A stretch of 64,000 nucleotides of DNA from Sphyrna mokarran. Lineage: Eukaryota. Under the pieces are notes generated by a model, which was not told the origin of the DNA, made no database searches, and saw nothing but the letters and a program-made list of their open reading frames with translations. A program made the translations under genes and the position numbers. This document shows, in pieces, positions 50,422 through 63,108 of the stretch. The stretch is from the NCBI GenBank assembly GCA_024679065.1, contig JAGIQG010000012.1, positions 54,684,001 to 54,748,000 on the forward strand, in the 5' to 3' direction. How positions within the stretch are numbered: position 1 is the first letter of the stretch; every line of letters begins with the position of its first letter.

Positions 50422-51050
50422 AACCATAGACCAATTACAACACAGGAAGCAGCCATTCAGCCCAACAGTTGCATACCAGCTGTTAGTAAGAGTGATGCAG
50501 CTAGTCCTTTCCCTGTAGCCGTGCAATTAGTTATCCTTACATGCTTATCCAATTTCCTTTTAAAAAAACTCCATGGAATTTGCTTCTATCACACTTGCAA
50601 GCAGCCCATTATAACACCAAAAATAGTCCTTGCATAAAGAAGATTTTTTTCATGTTGCTGTTGGTTCGTTTGCCAACTGGTTTTAATCGCTGTCCTCGGG
50701 TTCTCCAGCTTTCCACCAGTGGGAACACTTTCTCTAATGCCTCTGTCTAGGTTCTTCAGGATTTGAAATACCTTTCTTCAATCTGCTCTCAATCTTCTCA
50801 TCTTTAAGGAGACCAAATCCCAGCTTCTCTATTTTATCCATGTAACTGAAGTCTGTCATTCCTAGAACCATTCTGGTCAACGTTTCTCTGTACATCCTAA
50901 AGCCTTTGCATCCTCCTCAAAGTACGGTGCCCAGAAGTGAACACAACATTCCCGCTGAAGCGGCGCCTTAGGACTTTTCGTCATTAACACCCTGCTTTTA
51001 TTTTTACAGTCCATATTCTCAAATGTCCATACCACCTTCTATAATTTGTT
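50422..51050 (-). mobile_element. CR1 LINE 3' end; probably continues at about 52160-52390
   Basis: AACCATAG...CAGGAAGCAGCCATTCAGCCC antisense tail and GGTGCCCAGAAGTGAACACA (antisense VHFWAP). Confidence 0.75.
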
Positions 51051-51069
51051 AACTACATTAACAAATCCT

Positions 51070-51645
51070 TGCAGTGGGCAATCGAGGGGCTCAACCAACC
51101 AGACTCTCCGCCCCTCTCTGCAGTGACATTCATGGACTGGTACTCTTACAGCAGACGATGCCCACCAGCATGCCCTAGAACTTCCGCCAACAGGAAGGTG
51201 CCGCAAAGCTGGTGACCATCGTCACTCCCTGGAACGATATTTTGGTTTAAGTCTGTTAATATTTTCATTAATGTGTTGTTGAAGTTATAGGACCCCATCA
51301 AGGACTGTCACCTCCCTTTCATTTGTTTAATTAATGATCATTTGCTTATTTAAATAAAGTATAACCCCGGGTCCTATTAACAGGTCCAGACAGCAGTGCC
51401 CCTCTGCCACAGTTGCATTTAGGATGGGTGGCCTTAGAGAAGAAGCACACAGTATCCACCAGCACATCAAGTCTTCCACCACTAATGGGTACCACAGGGG
51501 TTGGGGTGCATCATCATCCGCGCTGGGAATGATATTTTGGTTAAGCTCACTAAGATTCCTTTTGATGCTTTGTTTTAGTTAGAGTGGTCCGCCAATGTCC
51601 CCCTCTTTAAATTGTTTCATTCGTTGATTACTGTTTTCTCAAAAA
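51070..51645 (+). mobile_element. Two head-to-tail 3' ends of Tx1/L1-like LINEs
   Basis: Copy 2 encodes VALEKKHTVST..WVPQGLGCII..GNDIL and copy 1 ends IVTPWNDIL. Both have GATATTTTGGTT(T)AAG followed by a T-rich UTR. Confidence 0.65.
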
Positions 51646-51649
51646 CAGT

Positions 51650-51945
51650 ATCATAGAAATCCTACAGTACAGAGGGAGGCAATTTGCACCAAAACAATCC
51701 CACCCAGGCCCTATCCCTGTAACCCAATGTATTTACCCTGCAAATCCTCCTAACATTAAGGGGCAATTTAGCACGGCCAGTCAACTCAGCCTGCACAACT
51801 TTGGACTGTGGGAGAAAATCAGAGTACATATAGGAAATCCACACAAACATGGAGAGAACATGTAAAATTCACATAGTGACCAAGGCCAGAATTGAACCCA
51901 GGTCCCTCATGCTGAGAGGCAGCAGCACTAACCACTGCACCACCC
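51650..51945 (-). mobile_element. HE1 SINE
   Basis: TCATAGAAATCCTACAGTACAG tail to GGCAGCAGCACTAACCACTGCACCACC head. Confidence 0.9.
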
Positions 51946-51957
51946 CAGATCTCACTG

Positions 51958-52125
51958 GCTGCGGATCAGTTGGTTGCATTCTTACCTTTCCGTGTCTAAA
52001 GGTTGTGGGTTTATGCCCCACTTCAGAGATGTGAGCAGAAAAATCTATCCTGATTTCCAATGCAGTACTGACAGAGTGCTGCAGTATTGGTAAAGCTGTC
52101 TTTAGAGAGGCTGGACTTCACCTGT
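51958..52125 (+). mobile_element. DeuSINE 5' (tRNA-like) portion
   Basis: TCAGTTGGTTGCATTCTT...GGTTGTGGGTTTATGCCCCACTTCAGAG...GCAGTACTGACAGAGTGCTGCA. Confidence 0.55.
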
Positions 52126-52758
52126 TCCCCCAAAATATTGTTGCCATTTTTTTGATAACATTCCTTCAAAGATTTGTGTTTAAGTCCAATGCCCCTTGAA
52201 GGGGCTTTCAACTAGTTAATTTGTTTATTTGTTACACAAAAGAATATAACCCTAAGTCTCTCTGTTCATGGAACCTGTTTAGGATTATACCCTTGGATTT
52301 TATATTGCCTGTCCTCATCTGAGCATCCCCCGTCTTTGCATTATATTTTATTTACTGTTTGTCCGCCCACTTCACAAACTTGTCTTTGGCCAACTACTAA
52401 TAGCAGGCTGCAGTTTTTCACTGTTATGTGGGCAGCAACCTATAGCATTCATGCAAGTTGTAGTTAAAAGTGGAAATCGGGAAGCTGCTCTTGATACTAC
52501 ACAGAATACGCTCATGTAGCCTTTGCCAAACAAGGTTTCAGAGAGGTGACTGTGATGGCTAATTATCCAATATTCTCACTCTATAGACAGATGAAAAGGT
52601 AGGGGATTGCACAATCAGGAGTAACTGAGTTTTTAAAGGATAACAGTGATAATTCCGCCTGAACTTCTCTGGCCCTGAAATTTTAATTAATGTGTAATCT
52701 TGTCCCCTCAGAAGCAAATTAGCATTTCCGATTTATTTAGGTTGTTTTTTTTTTTACA

Positions 52759-53330
52759 TAGGACAGAATTTTACAGTTCCCTACCAGCAGTTTGAAGAGT
52801 GGGGACTCATAAAATGGAACACGTAGCTTGCCTGCCACCTATCTGCCCAACTAAATCCGTCTCCCATTTACGGCGGGTGACTCTGGGCAGGAGACAGTGG
52901 AGGCATTGGGCAGTCCAACACCCATGGGCCTATGGAGGTCCTTCAGTAATCATTTAAGTGCCTCAGCCCACAACCACTATTTTACCCTTGGTGGGTAGCC
53001 CAACAGCTTTTATAGACAAACTGGTGTTAGGCAAGGAGGCAATTAGGAGTCTACTTTGGGGAGTTACCTGTGCCCAGAGAGAATCCTTGACATAGTCTTA
53101 CTGCCTTTTCTCCTGGCGTTTTCAATCTCGCCCCCAACATCCCAAGCCAGGCCCCATCACGACAATGAACTTGTTTGAAGTCCAGCCTCCATTCACTCCT
53201 CTTCTTTGACGGTTATCTGTAGTGGCTACTGCTCAAACATGGTGCTGCTGGAACTACACAGCTCTCTAAAGTGGGACATCTTCCCTTGATGGAGGTAGAA
53301 GTCTCACAGTCAAATAATGCCCCATTGAGC
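52759..53330. mobile_element. Harbinger-type MITE, old
   Basis: Starts TAGGACAGAATTTTACAG with a GC-richer interior; right end uncertain. Confidence 0.4.
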
Positions 53331-54291
53331 ACTGAATAGCTGTTGGCAACTGGTGTTGGCAGAGATGCGTATACATTGATTCTTTGGATGAGAAACACTA
53401 CCATCTAAAAAATCCTCACCGTAGTTTCTATTTTCCACATTTATGTCTCCCCTTAATCCTTTATGTCCCAATTTTATTTTGCTTCTTGTACAATGACAGG
53501 CTTGTTGTAATGAATATTTCTTGCTTTTATACTTTCAGGTTTTTCAGTCTGTATGGTTCAGTGAGGAATCTCCGATCAGATTTGTTGAAGAGCCTTCATG
53601 ATGCTTTCCTTGCTCACAGACATAGCAGGCATCCTGGAAAGGGTGCCAAATTTAAACAGACGATGCATGACCCAAAGCTGACAAACCTATTAATACTCTA
53701 TAAGCAACTGTACATGAGGTGATTGACTCACTGCAAAATCTGGGCCAATGTTTCCACTTCTGTCCAACCCTTCTCTCCTCCCCCACGCTACTCGATGGAT
53801 AACTCTACGCCATCTTCCCCGAACATTCGCATCCCTCCAAGACAGCTCCCTCCGTTCCAATCAGTCTCCTATCCCTGGTCACCTCCCTCTAGATCATTCC
53901 ACCTTCCTGGATGCCCTTCTGCAAAGGTGTATATAGGCAACACAGCAGCCACAAGCTCAAAATGTTATTCACCAGCATGCTGCCTGAGAATGCCCGGTCA
54001 GAGTCCGCAGTTCACAGGCCTGATATAATTGAGGCCTACCAATTCTCTGCAGGAAGCACACTCCACACCAGGTTTGTACGAACCTTCCAGCTTCTAAATC
54101 AGAGTGCACAGCCTAATTTTTTGCCCAGTCAAAGAAACCCCAGATCCCCGAAACACAGCTCGTGCTGTAGACATTTGGGGAAAAGTTTAAACTTGCCAGA
54201 GACCTTTGGACAGATAAGGTAACCTTCTGGAGAGATCACATACCCATTTGGATTGTTAAGTGTACTCAGGGGTGTTGGGAGCATACAAGTA

Positions 54292-54380
54292 GAGAGGGAT
54301 GATGGTGGCATAACTGTATTGTCATTAGACTAATAATCTAGCAATCCAGGATAATGATATGGTTCAAATCCCACCACAGT
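54292..54380 (+). mobile_element. tRNA-SINE head fragment
   Basis: GGTGGCATAACTGTATTGTCATTAGACTAATAATC...GGTTCAAATCCCACCAC. Confidence 0.5.
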
Positions 54381-54628
54381 ATGCAGTGCTGCATCTCAGT
54401 CTACGTCCTGGAACCATACTTGAGATAATTATTGGGGGCCCCAGGGAAGAGGGAAGGGGACGCCCTGGGTTCAGGGTGGCGGGGGGAGGCAATTAGACCA
54501 AACTTCAAAGAGTCTTCAGATAGGAGGTACTAAATCCCCCTCTGCCTGCGCCCCCTCCCCCTCCCCCAAGAATCTCTCCATCCAAGATTGAAATTTCCAA
54601 CTTTTCCAGTTTTCTACACTGCTCTAAC

Positions 54629-55972
54629 TGGGCAAAGTATTGGAGAGAATAATTAGGGATAGGATTTATAGTTATTTAGAGAGTAATGAATTGATTGGGG
54701 ATAGTCAGCATGGTTTTGTGAAGGGTAGGTCATGCCTTACTAACCTCATTGAGTTTTTTGAGAAGGTGACCAGAGAGGTGGATGGGGGTAAGGCGGTTGA
54801 TGTAGTATATATGGACTTTAGTAAGGCTTTGGATAAGGTGGCCCATGGAAGACTTCTACAGAAAATGCAGATGTGTGGAATAGAGGGTGATTTAGCTAAT
54901 TGGATTAGAAATTGGCTGGCAGATAGAAGACAGAGGGTGGTGGTTGATGGGAGATATTCATCGTGGAGTTCGGTGACGAGTGGTGTGCCTCAGGGGTCTG
55001 TTTTGGGGGCCCTGCTGTTTGTAATTTTTATAAATGATCTGGATGAGGGTATTGAAGGATGGATTAGTAAATTTGCAGATGACACTAAGTCGGTGGAGTG
55101 GTAGATAGTGAAGAGGGGTGTTATAGTTTGCAGAGGGACTTGGACAAGTTGCAGAGCTGGGCCGAGAGGTGGCAAATGGAGTTTAATGTGGAACAGTGTG
55201 AGGTAATGCACTATGGCAGAAATAATAAATGTGTAGAGTATAGGGCTAATGGTAGGATTCTTAGTAGTCTTGATGAACAGAGGGATATTGGTGTGTATGT
55301 GCATAGATCCCTGAAAGTAGGCAGTCAAGTCGAGAAGGTTGTTAAGAAGGCATATGGAGTCTTGGCTTTTATTGGTATGGGGATTGAATTTCGGAGCCGC
55401 AACGTCATGTTGCAACTGTACAAAACTCTAGTGCGGCCGCACTTGGAGTATTGTGTGCAGTTCTGGTCCCCACATTATAAGAAAGATGTGGAGACATTGG
55501 AGAGGGTAAAGAGGAGGTTTACCAGGATGTTGCCTGGTATGGAGGGCAGGTCTTATGAAGAGAGGCTGAGGGATTTGAGGTTGTTTTCGTTAGAAAGAGG
55601 CGGCTAAGAGGGGACCTTATCGAAACATATAAGATGATTAGAGGTTTAGATAGGGTGGACAGTGATAGCCTTTTTCCTAGGATGGAGAAAGCTAGCACAA
55701 GGGAACACAGCTTTAAATTAAGGGGTGATAGTTATAGGACGGATATCAGAGGTAGGTTCTTTACCCAAAGGGTGGTTCGGGAGTGGAATGCCCTGCCTGC
55801 AGCAGTTGTAGATGCGCCAAGTTTGGTGGCGTTTAATAGGTTAGTTGATAAGTATATGGAAGAGAAGGGAATGGTTTAGTTTGGAGGGGCATTGCTTTTT
55901 TATATTGGTCGGCGCAACATCGAAGGCCGAAGGGCCTGTTCTGTGCTGTAATGTTCTATGTTCTATGTTCTA
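54629..55972 (+). mobile_element. Young 5'-truncated CR1 LINE (RT domain to 3' end), two frameshifts
   Basis: ORFs 54640-55104, 55098-55607 and 55634-55879: [68 protein letters not shown]. Tail is (ATGTTCT)3; candidate TSD TCTAAC. Confidence 0.97.
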
Positions 55973-55974
55973 AC

Positions 55975-56219
55975 CAGCATCTACCAACTTAAAAATTGAG
56001 GGTGGACGGGAAAGGACTCTTAAGTGAGCATTAGGCAGCAGCTTAGGGGCCTTAATAGGGACATGGGTGGCGCTCCCACTGGAGGCCCTGTCCATCCCAC
56101 TGCAAAACTGTGTCTGGGGGAATCCTGTGGGATCCAGCATCCATCCGTGTAATCTTATGCTCTTTTCCTGCCTCAGAATCCACCCATGGTCGGGGGGGTC
56201 ATACTGTAAAATTGACCCT
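55975..56219. mobile_element. Right part of a Harbinger-type MITE that hosts the young CR1
   Basis: Ends CTGTAAAATTGACCCT, a TIR-like end; the left part is probably about 54420-54628. Confidence 0.45.
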
Positions 56220-56699
56220 TGATACAGATTGCGAACAACTGGGTCCAAGCTCTGGCCCCGCTAGCCGCAGCCTGTCAACCATTTCTTCTTCCTCTCTGTT
56301 GCCACTAGTGCATCCACCGTCTCGACACGATTCTTTCAAACTCTGGGATGTAAATCATCAGGTCAACCTCCAGTCTCATTAATTTCTCCAGCACTTGTTT
56401 TTCCTTACTAATAATAATTTATTTCAGTATTTCATTCTCATTAGTCCCTTGGCTCTCTTAGCATTTCTGGGACGTTTTTAGTATCTCACTCCGCGAATAC
56501 TGTGGGGCTTAAACTTTCTGACTCACAGCTGAGTGTTGCAAGCTGCAAAATGTAACAAGGGAGGAGAAATTGCCAAGGATCTAGTGCTATGAAGGCTTAC
56601 AACGAAGTTAACATTTACGCTCGACTGGCTTAAGGCCTGTTTCTTCGAATTTTTTTTTAAATTTTGCACTAAGTATAGCTAAAACATTCCATCAGTGTA

Positions 56700-58200
56700 A
56701 CTTTCCATTCCGTTTAGGGCTTTCCTTCTCACAGCTCCCCTGTTGAGCAGTGTTGGAAATAAGGACAGGCTAAACATTGCTTTGCCAATCATAGCGGCTG
56801 TCAAAAATATGAAAATAATGTTGTTATAAGCAAAAGTTAACCAGTCCACTGATCTTACAACTGTACCCTACTTTCTTCCTTTTAACACAGTTTTCGTGCT
56901 GGGCACACGCTCGGGGACGGGGGAGGTGGGGGGGGGGGGGGGGGGGGGAGTGCAATGGAAATTTTTCAAAACACAAATGAAATGTGTGCACTGTGATGAC
57001 GCGAACGCATAGAAGAAATAACTTAAGACTTTGCCTCGAACATTTGTGCAATCAAAGCCAGTCTGCACTGGATTTGAGCTCTTTAGATCCCTAAAGGAGA
57101 AAATCTGCGCTGTTATTTAGATGAACCTTGCAAGCAACAGCAAAAACTAAACATGTTCAGCTGCTGACCACAGTAAGCAGCTTGCCAGCAGATGCAGAAA
57201 CAGATTTCCATTTGCCAACTGGTGACCAAATGTTTATGTTACATTAAACATAGTTGCACAACATAATATAACAGATTTCACTTAATATTGCTGCTCAAGG
57301 TAAAGCATGTGGAACATCTAAATTCCATCACCACAATATTCACACGCGCCTAACCAATCTATACAAAAAGGCTGTTGCTCGACTCTATTTTTGTGCATGA
57401 CCAGAAGGCGAGCAAAACAACCGCGAAAGATGTGAAAATGTTTGAGCTAAAGGCTAATGAAAAGCCAGAAAAGAAATTACAAGGTTACAAGTGAATTGAG
57501 GGGGGTTCAGGTGACACCAACCAGTGGGGAGCCTTGACTGGTTTACAATAGTCACCTGAATATCAAGATTAAATTACAGCTTTGAGCTCAATCTTGGTAT
57601 TTATTATTTTTCATAACATATACCATTTCATTGCTTTGCATGTGCACTTTTGCAGTTCACTTTTCAGCAATGTTTTATGAACAGCATCTAATATCCTGAA
57701 CTTCTGGCTTTGTTGCAGGTTAATATTCATAAATGTATATCATTGTCCTGCAATGTCAATGAAAGGTCATTACATTTTCAACCCACTTTCCCAGTTGTTT
57801 AAAAAAAAACCACAACTGGGAAAGACTACCTAACTCGCTGAAAATCATGGGCAACACTGATGTTAAATGTATTTTTGAGCCGTGTAAGAATCTGGCTCCA
57901 AAATACTTTAAAATGCAGCTCACAATGCTGCAAATGCACACTGGACACTTTGGTTTATGCTGGTGGCTGAATCCTTGCAGCATAAGCCAAAAGTTCAGCA
58001 TGTAATGGTACTTACTTGAAATCTCAAAAATATGTAGCAATAATGTAAATTGTCAGCATCACAGGTTTCCCTTCTACTATCAGCAATGCAGTCATTAACA
58101 CAGACTGCATCAGCGATCTTGCCATTATAATTGCGTAGGTTAATCCAGCCTCCTCATTCCAACAGACGCAGTAACTCACCAAGCCAGTTTACCAGAATAG
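56700..58200. promoter_or_regulatory. Candidate conserved enhancer block
   Basis: No recognisable TEs, retained CpGs, CCAATCA next to CTGTCA (about 56786-56803), several TAAT/ATTA homeobox cores, poly-G at 56928-56948. Confidence 0.35.
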
Positions 58201-59214
58201 GTTCTCAACACTCATCTCCCTGAGACAAGTATTTTACTGTTTGGTTTAAATCAGAAGAAACAAACATTTCCCCCTCAAAAAGATATCAAAGCTACTGATC
58301 AATCTTTCTAATTGTTCCAATTATTTATTTGCTTCGGTTTTAAATGGTCTTTTACTTAAAAAATAGTCCGCTAAACCCCAACCTTCACCACTTCTGCAGA
58401 ATTATATAATTCTGGTAACCAAATAAAGCCCCAAAATGAACTCGCAATAGATATTTTCTATCCTGTACACTTTTAATCACGCATGACATTTGGAAAATAT
58501 TCCCAAATGAAATTGACCCTTGCATCAATAGAAGCATGCTGCATTTGTGAATTCACTTTGGCATTATTTTCAAAACTTCTATTTCACCCGAGCATATTTC
58601 ATGAAAGGCATTGACCAAAGCTTTGCTCTAGTATCCCCTGGTAAATCCTTGTGCATTACATGTCTCCTACTTCAAGAGGGCAAATGGATCAGGTTCCCCT
58701 ACCAATAGCCTCTAATAAGCTACTAGTAGCACAAGTCAGCAGTCCAGTGAGCTCATTTCTTCCACTGTTCTCTCTTCCATGCAGAGTAAAATAATTTTCC
58801 TATTTAAAAGTCAGGAGAGTGAAACTGAATCTGCATGGTTCCACTGGACAGTTCGACGCACTGATATTCCAAAGTACAAAACCATCAAGAATTTAATTGT
58901 TTCTCGAAACTGGAAGGGACCTTGGGACTCTGACATTGCAAATTGGTATTTCGAACTTGCAAAGCAACTGCCACAATTTTCCATTTGGTAAATATGGTGA
59001 ATATCCTGACACTAAATAAGGCACAGAAATAAGTTCCCTGTGTCTTTCTAGGCGATTTTAACGTTTACCTAATGTTAATGGGCAAGAATTGCTATAAAAT
59101 GGGGTTCAGAGCCTTCTGACTCATTAACCATGGTATTGCAGCCAGCGCCATGTGAAAGGGGCATTTGCTTAGTGCCCAAATCTCTTGTCTGCTTTGGACA
59201 GTGTACCCATTTTA

Positions 59215-59565
59215 ATCATAAAATCCCTACAGTGCAGGAGGAGGCAGTTCAGCCCATCAAGGTTGCACTGACTTTCTGACAGCGCATCTTTCCTAGGCCT
59301 CATCCCTGTAACCTGATGTATTTACTCCATTGATTCTCTCTAACCTACACATCTTGGGGACACTAAAGGGCAATTTAGCATGGTCATTTCACCTAACCTG
59401 CACACCTTTGGAGTGTGGAAGGAAACCAGCGCACCCGGAAGAAACCCATGCAAACATAGGGGGGACATGGAAACGCCACACAGACACTCACCCAAGGCAG
59501 GAATTGAACCAAGGTACCTGGTACTATGGGGCAGCAGTGCTAACTATTCTACCACCATGCCACCC
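59215..59565 (-). mobile_element. HE1 SINE
   Basis: TCATAAAATCCCTACAGTGCAGGAGGAGGC tail to GGCAGCAGTGCTAAC head. Confidence 0.88.
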
Positions 59566-62500
59566 CAAATGTGCAAATTGGGATTCTATGATCTATGTTT
59601 AAAGTTATAAATGATGAAGTTTACACTGCACATGCTCAGATCCATGGGGAGATAGAGCCATGCAAGGCCCAACAAAAGGTGAGTTTAAAATATCTCTTTG
59701 AGGTCTCGCAAAACTGACCTGGGCCACTGACACCGAGCACTCCCTCCCCCATCCTCTGTAATTGCAATTATTTTGCACACTTACCTTGTAGGACTGGTAG
59801 GGATGGCCCACTGTTATCCTCCCTTGATTTAGCGAGCTACCGAACTGGCACCCCTAGCACTTGACAGCCAGTTACAAATGAAGACAGAACCACAGCTTCT
59901 TGTCTGCCTCATGGCCATGGGCAGGCAACTAGCCAACTCGCTGTGCTGGTTGAGCATCCAGAAGTCAGATTCGACCTCCTCTCGCTCTCTTCTTAGTAGA
60001 GAGAGGGAAAATTATTATTCAAGTCCTCAGAAGGAAGCCAGGTCACTCTCATTCATCCCCAAGTATGACATTGACAGAACCCTGGCAATGGAGCACCTTC
60101 GAACTCTTTCAGCCAGAGGACTGGCTGCTGTTTGGGGCTGGGTGGGGGAGGGGAGGAACAAGGTCAAAGGGCGAGGAAAGGAATCATTTTGAAGTGGAGA
60201 GGATAAAACTTTTATGCAAAGTAAACATAATTTTTGTGCTTGTGTTGAAGTAGCTGTCTGCCACCCTGGCGTTCTCAATGCATAATCTGTCTCTCTGCCT
60301 CAGAAAAGTGGAAATGTGCAAAACAGAGCAAAGTCGATCCATTCTGGCAAATAATTAAAAGCCTCCTATTCAGTGACATGAAGGAGAATTCCACCTTGAT
60401 TTGGCTCGGAGCCATGGAAAATTTCAGACAGGCGACACACCAGGGATGGCAGATCACTGAGTAAACTCAGGGCAGCCACACTAAGATTATCTGGCAAACC
60501 AATTTGTGCTCGGCACAGGCAGTATTCCGACAAGCTTTATTGATAACTACTCCAGCAGCACCTCACAGAGGCTGGGAGCCTCCGGCTCGCTGCCGGACAG
60601 TGTTGTACCAGCTAAAGAAGTCAATTGCAAAAGCCACAGCTAAAGCACCTGTTCACCTGCTGGTGGAAAAGAAAACCCATCGCACAGTGACGAAAGATGA
60701 AACTAAAATGCAGCTCAGCAAATCACTCCAGCATCAGCGATTAATCTAAACACACCCACTGTCTGATGTACATTAGCTCTATAATTAATAACTTCTTAAG
60801 GGATGCTAGCATGGCAAGAATCATAGATAAGCTGTGAACCCACATGCTATGGGATCTAAATAACAAGCTTATATTGTAAATGGTTAAAAAAAAATTGGAT
60901 GGAGTAGTGATCATTTTTCCAAGCTTCCCTTTTTAAATGTGTTACCTCCTTGCCTTGATCGCTAGTGTTTCCCCCAACCATTCCACCTTCTCTTTCTCCA
61001 TCACACCATACATCATTTAGCTGCCACAGGAAGCCGGCAATTTAATCAAAAACCTTTCCCATTGCAGCTCATGTGCGGTGGCAGAGAAGGTGAACAGAAG
61101 TGTTCTGGGTTTATATACTAGCGGAAAAAAAAACATTCTCCTCATCTGGGAAAAGCCTTTAGTCTCCGATCCTAAAATGGACCAAGAAAAATTGAGTGTG
61201 TGTCAGGTGAGGAAAGAGCAACATCACTCCCTGGCCCAATGCATTAGGGAACCAATATACTTTGGCACTACATTTCAGTGGCTGTTTTATATCTGAAACA
61301 GTACATTGATAGATCGTTCAAGGAAAGAGCATTAAAACATAATTTACTACAGGGTCTTGGAGCACTAACTCCAACTGTTTGCTTATATGTTTCTGCAAAG
61401 GTTGGCACTTTTATTTTCCATAAAATGCATAGCAAATCAATACACCAGTATCAATATCACCAGTGCAGAGGTTATTGTGACCAAAGAGCAGTTTGGAACA
61501 GCTCAGGTGAGCCAATCCACAAAGAAATGGATAATTTCAGGGATTGGTCTTTTCCTCCACAACTCGAGAGACCAGCAAAAGTAAATTAGTAGTGAAGACA
61601 TTCCAGGCCATTCCTGGATTTGAGGGAAAAACTGGACAAAATCATTCAAGCAAATTCTGAGACAAAGATTGATGTGAGTGTGATCCTCATGGATTACGTG
61701 AATCAGCATACAATGAGTGAGACATAACTGGGCCTCAGGCAGAGGGCTCGGAGATACAGCCCCTCAACCAGGGAAGTTTCCCAGTGTCAAGAACTACAGC
61801 AGCTCAGTTGCAGACTAACCAGTGGCAAGAAGCTACTTTTTCCAATTCAGTACCCAATTGGGGGCTCATCTTTCTGGGCTGCCAAGCTTTTGCCAGCGAC
61901 AATGGCCTACACTCCATGGGAAGACTACTGAGTACATGGAAGCAGCTTCCTGTGTGAAGCCATTGGAGACAGAGGCTCCAAGATCCAACATGGAGGGTAC
62001 TGTAGCAATGGTTACCCCCACATTTCTGGAGTCTCCGATGAAGAGGCTTCCCCTCCAAATCCTTTTTTGCCTCCATTGTGACGACCGTAGGATTTAGGAT
62101 TAGAAATAAATCATTTTGGTCCTTCAGGTCTGCACCTCCACTCAATATGATCATGGTTGATTTTGTTGTGGTCTTTGCTCCTCCTTCCTGTTTGCATCCC
62201 ATAACCTTTATCTCTCTTGTCTAAGAAAAATCTATCAAACTCAGCCTGAATAAATTAACGATCTATCCTTCACTATCTATTCTTTCACCTTATGTGGAAG
62301 AGAATTCCACACTGTAATGATAATGAGAAAAGATTCTCCTCATTTCTCTCTTCAAATGGAAGCATTCTCATTCTTAAACAATACCCCGAGTTCTAGTTTC
62401 GCCCACACGAGGAAACTTTCTCTCAGTATCCACCCTACCCAGTCCACTCAGGATCCATCTCCTCTCAATCTTCTATACTCCAACTGATTTGAACCAAACT

Positions 62501-62574
62501 TGCCACACAAGGCAATCACTCCATTCCAGGAATGATTCAAGTGACTCTTCTCTGAACTCTTTGTAAAGATATTC

Positions 62575-62815
62575 GCTGGAATTTTAGTACCCCACCTAGT
62601 ACAGGAATCGGAGCAGGCAAGAGGCGGTCCACGGGAAGGTCCATTTACTTCGGGCGGGATTTTATGGTTTCAAGACAAGCGAGGCCATAAAATCCTGCTT
62701 AGAAGGCAGGATTCTCCAAACTCATCCATGCCTGACCCTTTGCAAGTAAGAACAAAGAATTTGGCATTCCAGCCAAAATTCCATTCACTTTCAGCGCCAC
62801 TGGAGAACCCCAGCT
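62575..62815. mobile_element. Two adjacent short MITEs
   Basis: GCTGGAATTTTA...TAAAATCCTGC (about 62575-62698) and GCAGGATTCTCCA...TGGAGAACCCCAGC (about 62707-62814), each with inverted ends. Confidence 0.7.
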
Positions 62816-62841
62816 GTGAATTAGGACAGAGGTTTTGTGAG

Positions 62842-63108
62842 GGGCAGCACGGTGACAGTGATTAGTATTGCTTCGCACAGTGCCAGGGACCCAGATTCGA
62901 TTCTCAGCTTGGGTGGAGTCTGTGTACACGTTCTGCGTGAGTTTCCTCCCACAGTCCAAAGTGCAGTTAGGTGGATTGACCATGCTAGATTGCTGTTTAA
63001 TGTAGGGTAAATGTATATATTATGGGAATAGAGTGCGGATGGGATTGTTGTCAGTGCAGATTTGATAGGCCGAATGGCCTCTTTTGCATTGTGCAATATA
63101 ATGATTTC
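62842..63108 (+). mobile_element. HE1 SINE with an internal deletion
   Basis: GGGCAGCACGGTGACAGTG head, TTTCCTCCCACAGTCCAAAG core, GGCCGAATGGCCTC tail. Confidence 0.85.

Noticed and set aside
54990-55415. 141-aa minus-strand ORF
   Set aside because: Antisense shadow of the CR1 RT.
59605-59855. Coding exon ending GHPYQSYK before the GTAAGT donor
   Set aside because: No good acceptor or ATG and no recognisable protein; kept only as a non-coding exon candidate.
61700-62090. GC-richer segment with 91-aa and 132-aa ORFs, possibly continuing at 63290-63530
   Set aside because: May be another decayed Harbinger ORF2 region, but no diagnostic motif could be identified.
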